Assembly (NCBI GenBank): GCA_024280035.1
Contig: JAJRQV010000073.1
Span: 1,316 to 65,315, forward strand
Direction: 5' to 3'
Length of the DNA: 64,000 nt
Source of the DNA: Campylobacterales bacterium
Lineage (GTDB): Bacteria; Campylobacterota; Campylobacteria; Campylobacterales; Sulfurimonadaceae
The number at the start of each line of letters is the position of its first letter. Positions within the stretch are counted from its first letter, which is position 1. Below the pieces are notes generated by a model. It was not told the origin of the DNA. It saw only the letters and a list, made by a program, of their open reading frames with translations, and searched no databases. Shown in pieces: positions 1 to 13,133 of the stretch. Position numbers and translations under genes: made by a program.

Positions 1-1
1 C

Positions 2-46
2 CGTCGTGATTTCACAAGAGTTAGAATTACAAAAATTTCTGCATAA
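2..46 (+). CDS. rplU: 3' end of ribosomal protein L21 (partial, runs off window start)
   Basis: Frame reads ...RRDFTRVRITKISA* and stops with TAA at 44-46. rplU precedes rpmA in conserved operon order. Confidence 0.5.
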   Translation, partial: RRDFTRVRITKISA

Positions 47-71
47 GCATTAACTAAATAAAGGACAAACT

Positions 72-326
72 ATGGCACACAAAAAAGGTCAGGGTAGTAC
101 ACAGAATAATAGAGATTCTGCGGGACGTCGTTTAGGCGTTAAGAAATATGGTGGTGAAACAGTTAGAGCGGGTAATATTATTATTCGTCAACGTGGAACT
201 AAAGTTCACCCAGGTAAAAACATGGGAATGGGTAAAGATCATACTCTATATGCACTTGTTGATGGTGTTGTAGTATTTGAACGTTACGATAAAAAACGTA
301 AACAAGTTTCAATTATCCCTGCATAA
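72..326 (+). CDS. rpmA: 50S ribosomal protein L27
   Basis: [29 protein letters not shown]... is a typical L27 N-terminus; 84 aa. Confidence 0.95.
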   Translation: MAHKKGQGSTQNNRDSAGRRLGVKKYGGETVRAGNIIIRQRGTKVHPGKNMGMGKDHTLYALVDGVVVFERYDKKRKQVSIIPA

Positions 327-342
327 TTAATTCTACTCGCAT

Positions 343-398
343 CGGCGAGAAAATTCTTTAGAAGTTTACTTCTGAAGAATTTCTCGCTTGGGCGAGAA
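343..398. terminator. Long imperfect inverted repeat (hairpin) downstream of rpmA
   Basis: gagaaaattctttagaagt / acttctgaagaatttctc arms, also direct repeat GGCGAGAA(A)ATT. Likely transcription terminator or REP-like element; no clear T-tract. Confidence 0.35.
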
Positions 399-521
399 TT
401 TCTCCAAGTAAAAACATTCTCTAAACATTCAATATTTAATAGTATAATTCTAGCCATAAATAGACTATAGTTTTAAGTATTTACGCTTTAGTAAATTAAA
501 ATTGCACAATTAAGGACCACC

Positions 522-1616
522 ATGTTTATAGATAGAATTGAGATGACCGTAGCTTCAGGAAAAGGTGGACCCGGTGTTGCATCGTTTCGTAGAGAGAAAT
601 TTGTAACTCAAGGTGGACCTGATGGTGGAGATGGTGGGAAAGGTGGTGATATCATTTTTAAATGTGATAACAATACGCATACACTTTCACATTTTCGTGG
701 ACGTCATCATGTAAAAGCAGATAATGGTGCCCCAGGTGGAACACGTCGTTGTACAGGTAAGTCAGCAAGTGCAACTACAATTATTGTTCCTCCAGGGACG
801 CAGATAATTGATGCCCAAACCGGTGATATTATAGTTGATATGATTAAGCATGGAGATGAGTTCACATATTTAGTAGGTGGAAAAGGTGGTCTTGGAAACT
901 TTCACTTTAAATCTTCTACCAACCAGACACCTACTTATGCACAACCTGGTCTTCAAGGGGAGAGCAAAGATATCATCTTAGATCTTAAGCTAATGGCTGA
1001 TGTGGGTCTTGTAGGTTTTCCTAATGTTGGAAAGTCAACTTTGATTTCTACTGTTTCTAATGCTCGTCCTGAGATTGCAAATTATGAGTTTACAACCTTA
1101 ACGCCCAAATTAGGTCAAGTTAATATTGGTGATTATGACTCATTTGTTATGGCAGATATTACGGGTATTATTGGTGGGGCTTCTGAGGGCAAAGGTTTAG
1201 GACTACAGTTCTTACAACATATTGAAAGAACAAAAACCCTTCTTTTTACGATTGATTTAGCTTCATATCATGAGATGGAGTATCAGTATGATACTTTAAA
1301 AGTTGAATTAGAAAATTTTTCTCAAGTACTTTCAACACGTTCATATGCTATTGCCATGACGCGTTCAGATGTTATGACACCAGAAGAAGCTAGTAAGAAA
1401 GCTTCTGCTTTTATTAAAATGCTTGGACTAAAAGAGACATCAAAGTCTAAGTATGGTTTTGATGAGGATATTCCTTTTTATGAACAAGTTGCTGATGTTG
1501 CTGGCTTGTTTGATAAAGAGCTTCCTTTTGTGGTTGCACCGATATCATCAGTTACGCATAAAAACACAAAAGCACTTTCAGAAGCCTTATTTGAGTTGGT
1601 AGTTCAACAACGATGA
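522..1616 (+). CDS. obg: GTPase Obg/CgtA
   Basis: Gly-rich Obg fold ([14 protein letters not shown]) plus G-domain motifs GFPNVGKST; overlaps proB start (ATGA). Confidence 0.95.
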   Translation: MFIDRIEMTVASGKGGPGVASFRREKFVTQGGPDGGDGGKGGDIIFKCDNNTHTLSHFRGRHHVKADNGAPGGTRRCTGKSASATTIIVPPGTQIIDAQTGDIIVDMIKHGDEFTYLVGGKGGLGNFHFKSSTNQTPTYAQPGLQGESKDIILDLKLMADVGLVGFPNVGKSTLISTVSNARPEIANYEFTTLTPKLGQVNIGDYDSFVMADITGIIGGASEGKGLGLQFLQHIERTKTLLFTIDLASYHEMEYQYDTLKVELENFSQVLSTRSYAIAMTRSDVMTPEEASKKASAFIKMLGLKETSKSKYGFDEDIPFYEQVADVAGLFDKELPFVVAPISSVTHKNTKALSEALFELVVQQR

Positions 1617-2368
1617 AACGCTTAGTAATTAAGGTGGGTTCTGCTGTTTTAACAGAGCAAAACCGTATCGCGCGTGAGCGTATGCAAAACCTTGTTAATT
1701 TTATTTCTGATCTACGTGGAAAGTATGAGGTTATTTTAGTCTCATCAGGTGCGGTAGCTGCGGGATATACTGAGCTGAAATTAGATAAAAAAATACTTGC
1801 AAATAAACAAGCTCTTGCTGCCATTGGACAACCTCTCTTACTTCATCGTTATAAAAAGAAATTTGAAGCCTTTGGTATTTTACCCTCACAAATTTTAGTG
1901 ACAGCATCAAACTTTAACTCACCAGCTCAGGTAGAAGTCGCAAAAAATGCAATTAATACGCTTCTTTCAAATAATGTCTTGCCGATAATTAATGAAAATG
2001 ATGCCACGGCTATTGATGAGTTAGTTCTTGGAGATAATGACCAGCTTTCTGCTTATGCTACTTATTATTTTGATGCAGATTTATTAGTGATTCTTTCAGA
2101 TATTGATGCTTATTATGATAAAGACCCACGAAGGCATGATGATGCAGTTGTTTTAAAAGATGTCTCAAGTATTTCAAAAGAAGCTTTAAATGCTGAAACA
2201 ACCGCACATACCTCTTTTGCTACAGGGGGTATTGTCACCAAGTTAAAAGCGGCAGATTTTTTATTGCAAAGAGATAAAAAAATGTTCTTAGCCTCGGGTT
2301 TTGATTTGAGTGATATTCGCTCGTATTTACTTGAGGATACGCATACAGGGGGAACACTTTTCAAATGA
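1613..2368 (+). CDS. proB: glutamate 5-kinase
   Basis: [15 protein letters not shown]... amino-acid kinase family; conserved obg-proB order. Confidence 0.9.
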   Translation: MKRLVIKVGSAVLTEQNRIARERMQNLVNFISDLRGKYEVILVSSGAVAAGYTELKLDKKILANKQALAAIGQPLLLHRYKKKFEAFGILPSQILVTASNFNSPAQVEVAKNAINTLLSNNVLPIINENDATAIDELVLGDNDQLSAYATYYFDADLLVILSDIDAYYDKDPRRHDDAVVLKDVSSISKEALNAETTAHTSFATGGIVTKLKAADFLLQRDKKMFLASGFDLSDIRSYLLEDTHTGGTLFK

Positions 2369-3276
2369 TTAATATTGTTTATATGGGTACGCCCGATTAT
2401 GCTTCTAATATTTTACAAGCTTTACTTAGTGATAAAGAGATTAATGTTATGTCGGTTTATACCCAGCCAGATAAACCGGTAGGACGTAAAAAAGTCTTAA
2501 CGGCACCCATTACTAAAACAGTAGCCTTAGAAAATAATATTAAAGTTTTTCAACCCCTTAATCTTCGTATGCCTGAAACTGAAGAAGAGATTAAAGCCTG
2601 TAAACCTGATTATATTGTTGTGGCAGCTTATGGACAGATCCTTCCTAAAAATATTTTAGATATTGCTCCATGTATTAACCTTCATGCTTCAATTTTACCT
2701 CAGTACAGAGGGGCAAGTCCTATTCAGCAGTCTCTGCTTAATGGGGATAAAGAGACAGGTGTAACAGCCATGCTTATGGATGTAGGTCTGGATACGGGTG
2801 ATATTTTAAAAATCTCTAAAATGCAGATACCTGAAACAATGTTAGTAGAAGAGCTTTTTAAGGCACTGACTAATATCGCATCAGAATTAACAATAGAGGT
2901 ACTTAAAAACTTTAAAAGTTATTCTCCTATTCAACAAGATGATACAAAATCAACACATTGCTCAAAAATTTCTAAAGAGAATGGTTTAGTGATTTTTGAT
3001 GATGCTTTAAGTCTTTATAATAAGTATAGAGCCTTTACACCTTGGCCTAGTGTTTATTTAGAAAGTGGTCTTAAACTTAAAGAAATGAGTTTAGAATCAA
3101 ATACAGGAGAGCATAAAGCGGGTGAAGTGTTAGAAGTAAATAAAAGGTTTATTGTTATTGGTTGTAAACAGGGTTCTTTACGCCTTACCCGTCTCCAGCC
3201 TCCTTCAAAAAAAGAGATGGATGTTGCTTCTTATCTTAATGGGAAAAGATTAGAACGTGCAGATACTTTGGTTTGA
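2365..3276 (+). CDS. fmt: methionyl-tRNA formyltransferase
   Basis: [13 protein letters not shown]...; formyl-transferase N and C domains; 303 aa. Confidence 0.9.
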   Translation: MINIVYMGTPDYASNILQALLSDKEINVMSVYTQPDKPVGRKKVLTAPITKTVALENNIKVFQPLNLRMPETEEEIKACKPDYIVVAAYGQILPKNILDIAPCINLHASILPQYRGASPIQQSLLNGDKETGVTAMLMDVGLDTGDILKISKMQIPETMLVEELFKALTNIASELTIEVLKNFKSYSPIQQDDTKSTHCSKISKENGLVIFDDALSLYNKYRAFTPWPSVYLESGLKLKEMSLESNTGEHKAGEVLEVNKRFIVIGCKQGSLRLTRLQPPSKKEMDVASYLNGKRLERADTLV

Positions 3277-3892
3277 TTCTCTCCCTTCAACACAAACTTA
3301 TCTAAAAGAAAAACTTAAAAATTCTGAATTAAAAGCACCTATTGCTGTTGTAGCCGACTTGCAAACGGATGGAATTGGAAGTCGTGGAAATTTATGGATG
3401 GGTTTAGAAGGAAATCTTTTCTTTTCGTTTGCAATTTCACGTCATAATCTTCCAAATGATCTCTTGTTGGAATCTGCTTCTATTTATTTTGCTTATATCT
3501 TAAAAGAGGTTTTAGAAGAAGAGAATTCTACGCTTTGGATTAAGTGGCCTAATGATTTTTATCTAAGAAAGAGTAAAATTGGGGGTGTAATAACATTTAT
3601 GAGAGAAAATGACCTGATTTGTGGAATGGGATTAAACCTTTTAGCTTCTCCTGATGGCTTTGATCATTTAGACATAAAGATAGATAAAAAAGAGTTATTA
3701 GATAAATTTTTTAAAAAGATTGAAAATAAGCCATCATGGAAGCAAATATTTAGCAAGTTCAAGGTAGAATTTGTCAAAAGTAAGCAACATGATACGACAG
3801 TTGCAAATAAGAAGATATCACTAGATGAAGCAGAACTCAATAGCGATGGCTCATTGAGTATAAATGGGGAAAGGATTTATAGTCTACGATGA
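3257..3892 (+). CDS. birA: biotin--[acetyl-CoA-carboxylase] ligase
   Basis: [10 protein letters not shown]...[12 protein letters not shown]...NLFFSF motifs; fmt-birA-parA-parB synteny of Campylobacterota. Confidence 0.75.
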   Translation: MQILWFDSLPSTQTYLKEKLKNSELKAPIAVVADLQTDGIGSRGNLWMGLEGNLFFSFAISRHNLPNDLLLESASIYFAYILKEVLEEENSTLWIKWPNDFYLRKSKIGGVITFMRENDLICGMGLNLLASPDGFDHLDIKIDKKELLDKFFKKIENKPSWKQIFSKFKVEFVKSKQHDTTVANKKISLDEAELNSDGSLSINGERIYSLR

Positions 3893-4680
3893 GTGAAGTA
3901 ATTTCAATAGCAAATCAAAAAGGTGGGGTTGGTAAAACAACCACTGCTGTAAACCTTGCCGCCTCTTTAGCTGTTGCTGAAAAAAAAGTGCTGCTTATTG
4001 ATGCTGATCCCCAAGCTAATGCTACAACCTCTTTAGGTTACCATAGAAATGATTATGAGTACAATATTTATCATGTTCTAATTGGTACAAAAAAGCTTGA
4101 TGATATTATCTTAAAAACAAATATACCCACCCTCTCTCTTGCTCCTTCTAATATCGGTCTTGTTGGTGTAGAAAAAGAGTTTTATGATGCCAAAAACTCT
4201 AAGGGTCGTGAGTTGATTTTGAAACGTGCTATTGATAAGGTAGTTAAAGAGTTTGATTATATTATCATTGATTCACCACCCGCTCTTGGTCCCATGACAA
4301 TTAATGCGCTTTCGGCTTCAAACTCTGTAATTATTCCTATTCAGTGTGAGTTCTTTGCACTTGAAGGTTTGGCACAGCTTTTAAATACGGTACGTCTGAT
4401 TCGCAAAACAATTAACCCGAAACTTTCGATTAAGGGTTTTTTACCAACAATGTTTACTGCACAGAATAATCTTTCTAAGCAGGTTTTTTCTGATTTGACA
4501 CAACATTTTGAAAATAAGTTATTTAGAGACATAGAAAAAGATGATTATATAGTTATTCCTAGAAATGTAAAACTAGCAGAGTCTCCCTCTTTTGGTAAAC
4601 CTGCAATTTTATATGATGTAAAATCTTCTGGTTCAGTTGCTTATCAAAACCTAGCCTCGGCTATTTTAGCGGCAGGTTAA
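3889..4680 (+). CDS. parA: chromosome partitioning ATPase ParA/Soj
   Basis: Deviant Walker [19 protein letters not shown]. Confidence 0.92.
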   Translation: MSEVISIANQKGGVGKTTTAVNLAASLAVAEKKVLLIDADPQANATTSLGYHRNDYEYNIYHVLIGTKKLDDIILKTNIPTLSLAPSNIGLVGVEKEFYDAKNSKGRELILKRAIDKVVKEFDYIIIDSPPALGPMTINALSASNSVIIPIQCEFFALEGLAQLLNTVRLIRKTINPKLSIKGFLPTMFTAQNNLSKQVFSDLTQHFENKLFRDIEKDDYIVIPRNVKLAESPSFGKPAILYDVKSSGSVAYQNLASAILAAG

Positions 4681-4682
4681 TT

Positions 4683-5531
4683 ATGAGTGGTAAGACACAA
4701 GCCTTAGGCAGAGGTCTAGGGGAGCTTTTAGGAGAGATAGAAGAAGCTTACGATAACGAGATTTCTCCTTCTAAAGATCTTTTAGAAATTCCTCTTACTC
4801 ATATTAAAGTTAATCCTTTTCAACCGCGTAAGCATTTTGATGAAAAAGCCTTAAGTGAGCTTTCTGAGTCAATTAAAAGGCATGGTCTTTTACAGCCTAT
4901 TGTAGTTGTTGAAGAGATGGACGGATATGTCATAATTGCGGGGGAACGTCGTTTTAGAGCTTCGAAAATGGCAAAGACAAAGACGATTAAAGCCGTTGTT
5001 GTTTCAGCTACAGCAGAAGAGATGCGCGAACTTGCGTTGATTGAAAATATTCAACGTGAAGAGTTAAATGCTATTGAATTAGCAAAGTCATATGCTGAAC
5101 TTATTGAAGTTCATAAAATTACTCAAGAAGAGTTATCGGGTTTAATCCATAAGTCGCGTTCATCAATTACGAATACCTTACGTCTACTTCTACTTTCACC
5201 AAAGGCTCAAAAAGCAGTAATAGATAAGAGTATTTCTGCGGGTCATGCAAAAGTAATGGTTGGGCTTTCAAGTAAAGACCAAAATATATTGGTTGACTCT
5301 ATAATAGGTCAAAAACTTTCTGTACGTGAAGTTGAAAAGATGGTGAAACAGTATAAAGGTTTACCTACACCTAAAACAGAAAAAGTAACAACAAAACCTT
5401 CTTTAAATATGGAAAAACTGAAGTTAGTCTTAGATAATCAACTTATAAACTATGAGATTAAAGAGAATAAAATCTCTTTTTCTTTTTCAAACGAAGAAGA
5501 AATAGCAACATTTTCAAAATTCTTTTCATGA
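4683..5531 (+). CDS. parB: chromosome partitioning protein ParB/Spo0J
   Basis: ParB N-terminal box (GERRFRA) and HTH; follows parA. Confidence 0.9.
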   Translation: MSGKTQALGRGLGELLGEIEEAYDNEISPSKDLLEIPLTHIKVNPFQPRKHFDEKALSELSESIKRHGLLQPIVVVEEMDGYVIIAGERRFRASKMAKTKTIKAVVVSATAEEMRELALIENIQREELNAIELAKSYAELIEVHKITQEELSGLIHKSRSSITNTLRLLLLSPKAQKAVIDKSISAGHAKVMVGLSSKDQNILVDSIIGQKLSVREVEKMVKQYKGLPTPKTEKVTTKPSLNMEKLKLVLDNQLINYEIKENKISFSFSNEEEIATFSKFFS

Positions 5532-5679
5532 AACCCCTTCACTTTAACTAGCCTTCAATTAATAAACTGTATAATCACACAAAATTTTAAGTATTTTGGC
5601 TGAGAATTTTGAGGTTTATTGGGCATATTAATGCCTAGTAAACTGTATAAATACTCAGTGTTTTAACTTGGGAGGTAAG

Positions 5680-6102
5680 ATGTTAGATATCAATCCGTCA
5701 CTACTAGGATTAACACTAGTCGTTTTCTTGGTTCTTATCGCACTTCTGAACTCTTGGCTTTATAACCCTCTACTTGGGTATATGCAAAAGCGTGATGATG
5801 ACATTAAAAAAGACCTTAATGAGGTTGGAAGTAATGATGATGAAATCACAAATTTACATCAACAAGCAGATAAAATTATTTCTGATGCAAAAGCGGAAGC
5901 AATGGCATTAAGAGATAAGGTAGTTAATGAAGCGAAAGAGCTATCAGAGAGCAAAATTGAAGCTAAAAAAGCTGAACTCGCAAAGAAATTTGCAGCGTTT
6001 ACTGATTCGCTAAACTCTGAAAAGGAGAACCTAAACAATGCTTTATTGTCAGAAGTTCCTCTTTTCAAAGAAGCAATCAAAGCTAAATTTAGCAAGATAT
6101 AA
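5680..6102 (+). CDS. atpF': F0F1 ATP synthase subunit b'
   Basis: Single N-terminal TM helix then long charged coiled coil. GGAGG RBS at 5671-5675 precedes ATG 5680 (the ORF track's TTG 5668 is less likely). First gene of the atpF'FHAGDC operon. Confidence 0.8.
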   Translation: MLDINPSLLGLTLVVFLVLIALLNSWLYNPLLGYMQKRDDDIKKDLNEVGSNDDEITNLHQQADKIISDAKAEAMALRDKVVNEAKELSESKIEAKKAELAKKFAAFTDSLNSEKENLNNALLSEVPLFKEAIKAKFSKI

Positions 6103-6114
6103 GGATCTGAGCGT

Positions 6115-6633
6115 ATGAAACACATATTTTTAATGGCTTTAATTGCAGGGGTTACCTTTGCATCAGAGCATGGTGAGGCTGCAGGAGTGGAAACGGACAT
6201 TGTTCAGCGTACGGTCAACTTCTTGATCTTCGCTGGTATTGTTTATTACCTTATTGCTGAACCTGTAAAAGCATTTTTTATAGGAAGATAGAAAGGAATT
6301 GCAGGAGAACTAAATAAGGTTCAAGAGCGTCTTAAAGAGTCTAAAGCAGCAAAAGCAGCAGCGAATGCAAAAATCGAAGAGGCAAAAATACTTGCTGAAG
6401 AGATTATGAGTAGCTGTAAAAAAGAGAATGTGGTTATTAATGAGAAAATGGCTTCACAGCTTGAATTTGATTTAATAAACCTTGAAAAACAACAATCTGA
6501 CCTAATGGATCTTGAACAGAGACAAATGGTTAGAACTGTTGTTGAAGAAGTTTTAGCAGATGCTCTTAATCAAGACAATTCTGGTCTTGACAAAGATGCA
6601 TTTGCTGAAATCATCATGAAGAAGGTGGCATAA
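6115..6633 (+). pseudogene. atpF: F0F1 ATP synthase subunit b, interrupted by in-frame TAG at 6289-6291
   Basis: ATG 6115 encodes a TM helix (MKHIFLMALIAGVTFASEHG...FFIGR) then TAG. The same frame continues KGIAGELNKVQERLKESKAAKAA... through the ORF-track 6406..6633 piece. Total 172 codons, equal to b-subunit length. Confidence 0.75.
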
Positions 6634-7166
6634 TGGCAGCATTAGTAGCAAAGCGTTATGTTAAAGCTCTTCTAGATGGGGAAGATGCAAAAAATATGAC
6701 AGCAATCTCTGCTGTTTTTAATGCATTAGCTTCTCAGTTTGATAATGAGTCATTTGTTGACTTTTTCACAGCACCTGATGTTGCTTCTTCTGTTAAAGAA
6801 GAGATTCTTTTAGCGGCAGTTGAAAAAGCGAAGTCGGATAAGATTAATAATTTTATTAAACTTCTTGCAGAGAAGAATCGTTTCGAATTAATTCCAGAAA
6901 TCGCTAAGCAAGTTTCAAAAGAAATTGCTGTAGTAAATAATGCTTATGAAGGTAAAATCTTTTCTGATACAGATATAGATGCTGCAACGATTAAGTCATT
7001 AGGCGAAGGTCTTGGTAAAAAAGTTGATGCCAATATTACCTTAGAATTTATTAAAACTGATTTTGATGGAATTAAGGTAGAAGTTGAAGATCTTGGTGTT
7101 GAAATTAATTTCTCGAAAGAGCGTATTAATTCAACATTAATTGATCATATTTTAAAAGCAATCTAA
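6633..7166 (+). CDS. atpH: F0F1 ATP synthase subunit delta
   Basis: OSCP-like 177 aa between atpF and atpA. Confidence 0.85.
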   Translation: MAALVAKRYVKALLDGEDAKNMTAISAVFNALASQFDNESFVDFFTAPDVASSVKEEILLAAVEKAKSDKINNFIKLLAEKNRFELIPEIAKQVSKEIAVVNNAYEGKIFSDTDIDAATIKSLGEGLGKKVDANITLEFIKTDFDGIKVEVEDLGVEINFSKERINSTLIDHILKAI

Positions 7167-7180
7167 GAAAGGAGAACATA

Positions 7181-8698
7181 GTGGTAGCAAAAATACAAGC
7201 AGACGAAATTTCTTCGATTATCAAAGAGCGTATTGATAATTTCGAATTAAACGTTGATATTAATGAAACGGGTAAAATCATCTCATATGCAGATGGTGTT
7301 GCAAAAATTCACGGTCTTAAAAATGTAATGGCTGGTGAAATGGTTGAGTTCGAAAATGGAGCTCAAGGTCTAGCAATGAACTTAGAGGAGGCAGCAGTAG
7401 GTGTTGTAATTCTCGGTACAGGTGAAGGTCTAAGAGAAGGTACAACAGCAAAACGTATGGGTAAACTTTTACGTGTTCCTGTTGGAGATGCTCTTCTTGG
7501 ACGTGTTGTAAATGCACTGGGTGAGCCAATTGATGGCAAGGGTCCAATCGAAACTACTGAAACACGTTTCGTAGAAGAGAAAGCCCCTGGAATCATGGAT
7601 CGTAAATCGGTACATGAGCCTATGGCTACTGGTATTAAAGCAATTGATGCTTTAGTGCCAATTGGTCGTGGTCAACGTGAGCTTATCATTGGTGACAGAC
7701 AAACGGGTAAAACAACCGTTGCTCTTGATACAATCATTAACCAAAAAGGTAATGGTGTTGTATGTATTTACGTTGCGATTGGTCAAAAACAGTCTACTGT
7801 TGCACAAATCGTTCGTAAACTAGAAGATCATGGAGCTATGGAATATACAATTATTGTATCTGCTACTGCTGCTGAATCTGCTGCAATGCAATTCCTTGCA
7901 CCATACACTGGTGTAACTATGGGTGAGTACTTCCGTGACTCTGCACGCCATGGTCTAATCGTATATGATGATCTTTCTAAGCATGCTGTTGCATACCGTG
8001 AAATGTCTCTTATCCTTCGTCGTCCTCCGGGTCGTGAAGCATACCCAGGTGATGTTTTTTATCTACACTCTCGTCTTCTTGAGCGTGCTGCGAAAGTTAA
8101 TGATGAATTAGGTGGTGGTTCTTTAACTGCTCTCCCAATCATTGAGACTCAAGCAGGTGATGTTGCGGCGTATATCCCAACAAACGTTATCTCTATTACT
8201 GATGGTCAGATCTTCTTAGAAACTGACCTTTTCAACTCAGGTATTCGTCCCGCAATTAATGTTGGTCTTTCGGTATCTCGTGTTGGTGGTGCCGCTCAGA
8301 TTAAAGCAACTAAACAAGTTGCGGGTACTTTACGTCTTGATCTTGCTCAGTACCGTGAACTTCAGGCATTTGCTCAGTTCGCATCTGATCTTGATGAGCT
8401 AAGCCGAAACCAACTTGAGCGTGGTCAAAGAATGGTAGAGGTGCTTAAGCAACCTGCATTCTCTCCACTTCCAGCTGAAAAACAAGCTCTTATTATCTTC
8501 GCAGGTAATGAAGGTTTCTTAGATGACTTTGATGCATCTAACGTGGTTCGTTTTGAATCTGAGCTTTACCCATTTGTTGAAGCAACTTATCCACAAATCT
8601 TTGAGAACATCCGTTCTGCTAAGAAAATTGATGATGAGACTAACGCACTTATGAAAAAAGCATTGGAAGAGTTTAAATCAACTTTTTCAGCTAACTAA
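7181..8698 (+). CDS. atpA: F0F1 ATP synthase subunit alpha
   Basis: Walker A GDRQTGKT; highly conserved alpha sequence; GTG start. Confidence 0.97.
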   Translation: MVAKIQADEISSIIKERIDNFELNVDINETGKIISYADGVAKIHGLKNVMAGEMVEFENGAQGLAMNLEEAAVGVVILGTGEGLREGTTAKRMGKLLRVPVGDALLGRVVNALGEPIDGKGPIETTETRFVEEKAPGIMDRKSVHEPMATGIKAIDALVPIGRGQRELIIGDRQTGKTTVALDTIINQKGNGVVCIYVAIGQKQSTVAQIVRKLEDHGAMEYTIIVSATAAESAAMQFLAPYTGVTMGEYFRDSARHGLIVYDDLSKHAVAYREMSLILRRPPGREAYPGDVFYLHSRLLERAAKVNDELGGGSLTALPIIETQAGDVAAYIPTNVISITDGQIFLETDLFNSGIRPAINVGLSVSRVGGAAQIKATKQVAGTLRLDLAQYRELQAFAQFASDLDELSRNQLERGQRMVEVLKQPAFSPLPAEKQALIIFAGNEGFLDDFDASNVVRFESELYPFVEATYPQIFENIRSAKKIDDETNALMKKALEEFKSTFSAN

Positions 8699-8709
8699 GG
8701 ATTCTTTAG

Positions 8710-11003
<2,294 letters not shown>

Positions 11004-11011
11004 GAGATTCT

Positions 11012-11404
11012 ATGAATACTCTTTTATTAGAAATCGTTACACCTAATGGTCCTATCTTTAATGGTCAAGTAGCCGAAGTTACTTTACCAGGTGAAGAGGG
11101 TGAGTTTGGTGTTCTTCCTGAGCATGCATCACTAACAACACTTTTAAGTGCAGGTGTGATTGATTTTGTTAAAGAAGATAAAGTTACTGAATCTGTAGTC
11201 ATCAACTGGGGCCATGTTCAAGTTGATGAAACTAAGGTAATTGTTCTTGCGGATGGTGCTGTAGCTATTCGTGGAGATAAAGAGAGTGATATCGCTAAGG
11301 CACTGTCTGATGCTAAAGATCTTGTTGCTGCGGCTTCAGATAATGCGTCTCTTATCGCTTCTGTTTCTGCTAGACTTGAAACAGCTGCACAAAATTTAAT
11401 TTAG
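11012..11404 (+). CDS. atpC: F0F1 ATP synthase subunit epsilon
   Basis: 130 aa, beta-sandwich N-terminus typical of epsilon. Confidence 0.9.
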   Translation: MNTLLLEIVTPNGPIFNGQVAEVTLPGEEGEFGVLPEHASLTTLLSAGVIDFVKEDKVTESVVINWGHVQVDETKVIVLADGAVAIRGDKESDIAKALSDAKDLVAAASDNASLIASVSARLETAAQNLI

Positions 11405-11416
11405 TGGTTTAGTTCT

Positions 11417-11977
11417 TTGTTGAACTTTATAATAGATTCACATCCAGTTACACTGCTTGTTCTTGGTGTGTTATCTGTATACTTTGTATCTATTACATGG
11501 GTATTTGTATACCGCTTTTTCTCTCTTCAATCATGGGTAACTCAAGAGCAAGAATCTCTTGAGTCTTTACTCATGGGTTCTTCAACTGTATCTTCAAGTT
11601 CATATATTGATCCTTTTATTAAACGCTCAACACATTTTAGTAAAGAGATATTAGACTTATGTCAATATGCGGCGACAAAAGATGCTACAAAAGGGCTTAG
11701 TGGTCTTTCAATTGTAGCTTCAACATCTCCGTTTATTGGTCTGTTTGGTACGGTTGTGTCTATCTTAGATACCTTTAAAGATATTGGTCAAGCCTCTTCT
11801 TCAATGAATCTCATTGCAGGCGGTGTATCTGATGCTTTAATTGCTACAGCAGCGGGTATCTTTGTGGCTATTTTTGCTTATACTTTCCACCAACTTCTTA
11901 AGCGTAAGGCTTATGAGCTTTCAGGCTTAATTCGTATGCAATCAGATTCGCTGATTGCAAAATCGAAGGAATATTAG
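11417..11977 (+). CDS. tolQ: MotA/TolQ/ExbB proton channel protein (Tol-Pal system)
   Basis: Three TM helices and the conserved ExbB/TolQ C-terminal region; followed by tolR/tolA-like/tolB. Confidence 0.8.
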   Translation: MLNFIIDSHPVTLLVLGVLSVYFVSITWVFVYRFFSLQSWVTQEQESLESLLMGSSTVSSSSYIDPFIKRSTHFSKEILDLCQYAATKDATKGLSGLSIVASTSPFIGLFGTVVSILDTFKDIGQASSSMNLIAGGVSDALIATAAGIFVAIFAYTFHQLLKRKAYELSGLIRMQSDSLIAKSKEY

Positions 11978-11980
11978 ATT

Positions 11981-12370
11981 ATGTACGATTGGGATGAAAA
12001 CCCCGAACTTAACATTACTCCCTTAGTGGATGTCATGTTAGTTTTATTAGCTATTTTAATGGTAATCGCACCGACTATCGTATACGAAGAGCTAATAAAG
12101 CTTCCAACAGGTTCTGAAAAAAAAGCACTGAGTAAAAAACCACCTGTTAATATTGTAATCAATAAAAACAGAGAGATTCTTTTAAATGGTGAGAAGTTTC
12201 AGTTTAAAGGTTTTGAAGATAATTTTTATCTTTATGCTCAAGATAAACTTGACCTAAAATCAGCCGTAATGATTTCAGCAGACAAACGTTTAGCTTATGG
12301 AGAGGTTATGATGATTCTTGGCTCAATTAAACGTTCTGGCTTCACTGAAGTCTCTTTGGCAACAAACTAA
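11981..12370 (+). CDS. tolR: ExbD/TolR biopolymer transport protein
   Basis: 129 aa, single TM (LVDVMLVLLAILMVIA) plus periplasmic domain. Confidence 0.8.
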   Translation: MYDWDENPELNITPLVDVMLVLLAILMVIAPTIVYEELIKLPTGSEKKALSKKPPVNIVINKNREILLNGEKFQFKGFEDNFYLYAQDKLDLKSAVMISADKRLAYGEVMMILGSIKRSGFTEVSLATN

Positions 12371-12378
12371 GGTTTCGC

Positions 12379-13131
12379 TTGCTGTTACGCAATAATAATT
12401 ACTACTTTTATCTTGGTGGTATTGTCTCTTTATCTACTTTTACAATATTTTTAATTCTTTTTGTACTGTTTATAACGCAGCAAAGTAGAATTAAGCATAT
12501 TCAAACGGCTTCGGCTGAGTATATCTCAGTAAATTTAAACACCGTGCCTATAGCAAAACCTAAAAAAGTAGTAAAGTCTAAACAAACTAAGGCTATAAAA
12601 CCTAAAGAAGAACCCTTAGAGACTCTTGCTGAGCCTAAAAAAGTTAATACAGATATTTCTTCACTTTTTGGTGAAGTTAAAACAAAAAAACTGGTTAAAC
12701 GCAACAAGACTAAAAAAGCCACTGTAGATGAAAAGTTTTTAAAGAAAATTAAAAAACGTATTAAAATAAAAGATACAAAAGTAATAAAATCTGAAGAAGC
12801 AAGCTCTTTAGTAAAAAATTTAAAGCTTTCTAAGCAACATATCAAGGTTGTTGGTGATTCTACGGGAGTAGTTGATGAATATTTAGCTAAAATACATGCT
12901 GAGATTTACAGTAAATTTTTCCCTCCAGCTGAGTCTGTTGGTAAATCTGCTAAAGTTCGTCTAGAAATTGATGAAAATGGGGTGTTGATTTCCTTTAGAG
13001 TGCTAATATACTCTGGAGATGGGCTTTTTGATGAGTCAGTGGATTTATGTCTTAATTCACTTCATCAGTTTCCAATTCATCCTGACCATAAAGCTATGAG
13101 TCTGGAACTTATATTAACCGCTAAGGAATAA
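12379..13131 (+). CDS. TonB/TolA-like energy transducer (Lys-rich periplasmic linker)
   Basis: N-terminal TM, K/P/E-rich spacer, C-terminal TonB-like domain; sits in the position of tolA. Confidence 0.6.
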   Translation: MLLRNNNYYFYLGGIVSLSTFTIFLILFVLFITQQSRIKHIQTASAEYISVNLNTVPIAKPKKVVKSKQTKAIKPKEEPLETLAEPKKVNTDISSLFGEVKTKKLVKRNKTKKATVDEKFLKKIKKRIKIKDTKVIKSEEASSLVKNLKLSKQHIKVVGDSTGVVDEYLAKIHAEIYSKFFPPAESVGKSAKVRLEIDENGVLISFRVLIYSGDGLFDESVDLCLNSLHQFPIHPDHKAMSLELILTAKE

Positions 13132-13133
13132 CC

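Noticed and set aside
5532-5667. Direct repeat TAAACTGTATAA (5561-5572, 5639-5650) upstream of atpF'
   Set aside because: Probably just promoter -10-like sequence (TGTATAAT) of the atp operon duplicated by chance in an AT-rich spacer; too weak to call a regulatory site.
7317-7596. Antisense ORFs 7317..7547 and 7363..7596 inside atpA
   Set aside because: Low-complexity translations (H/L/P-rich) embedded in a highly conserved gene on the opposite strand; typical spurious ORFs.
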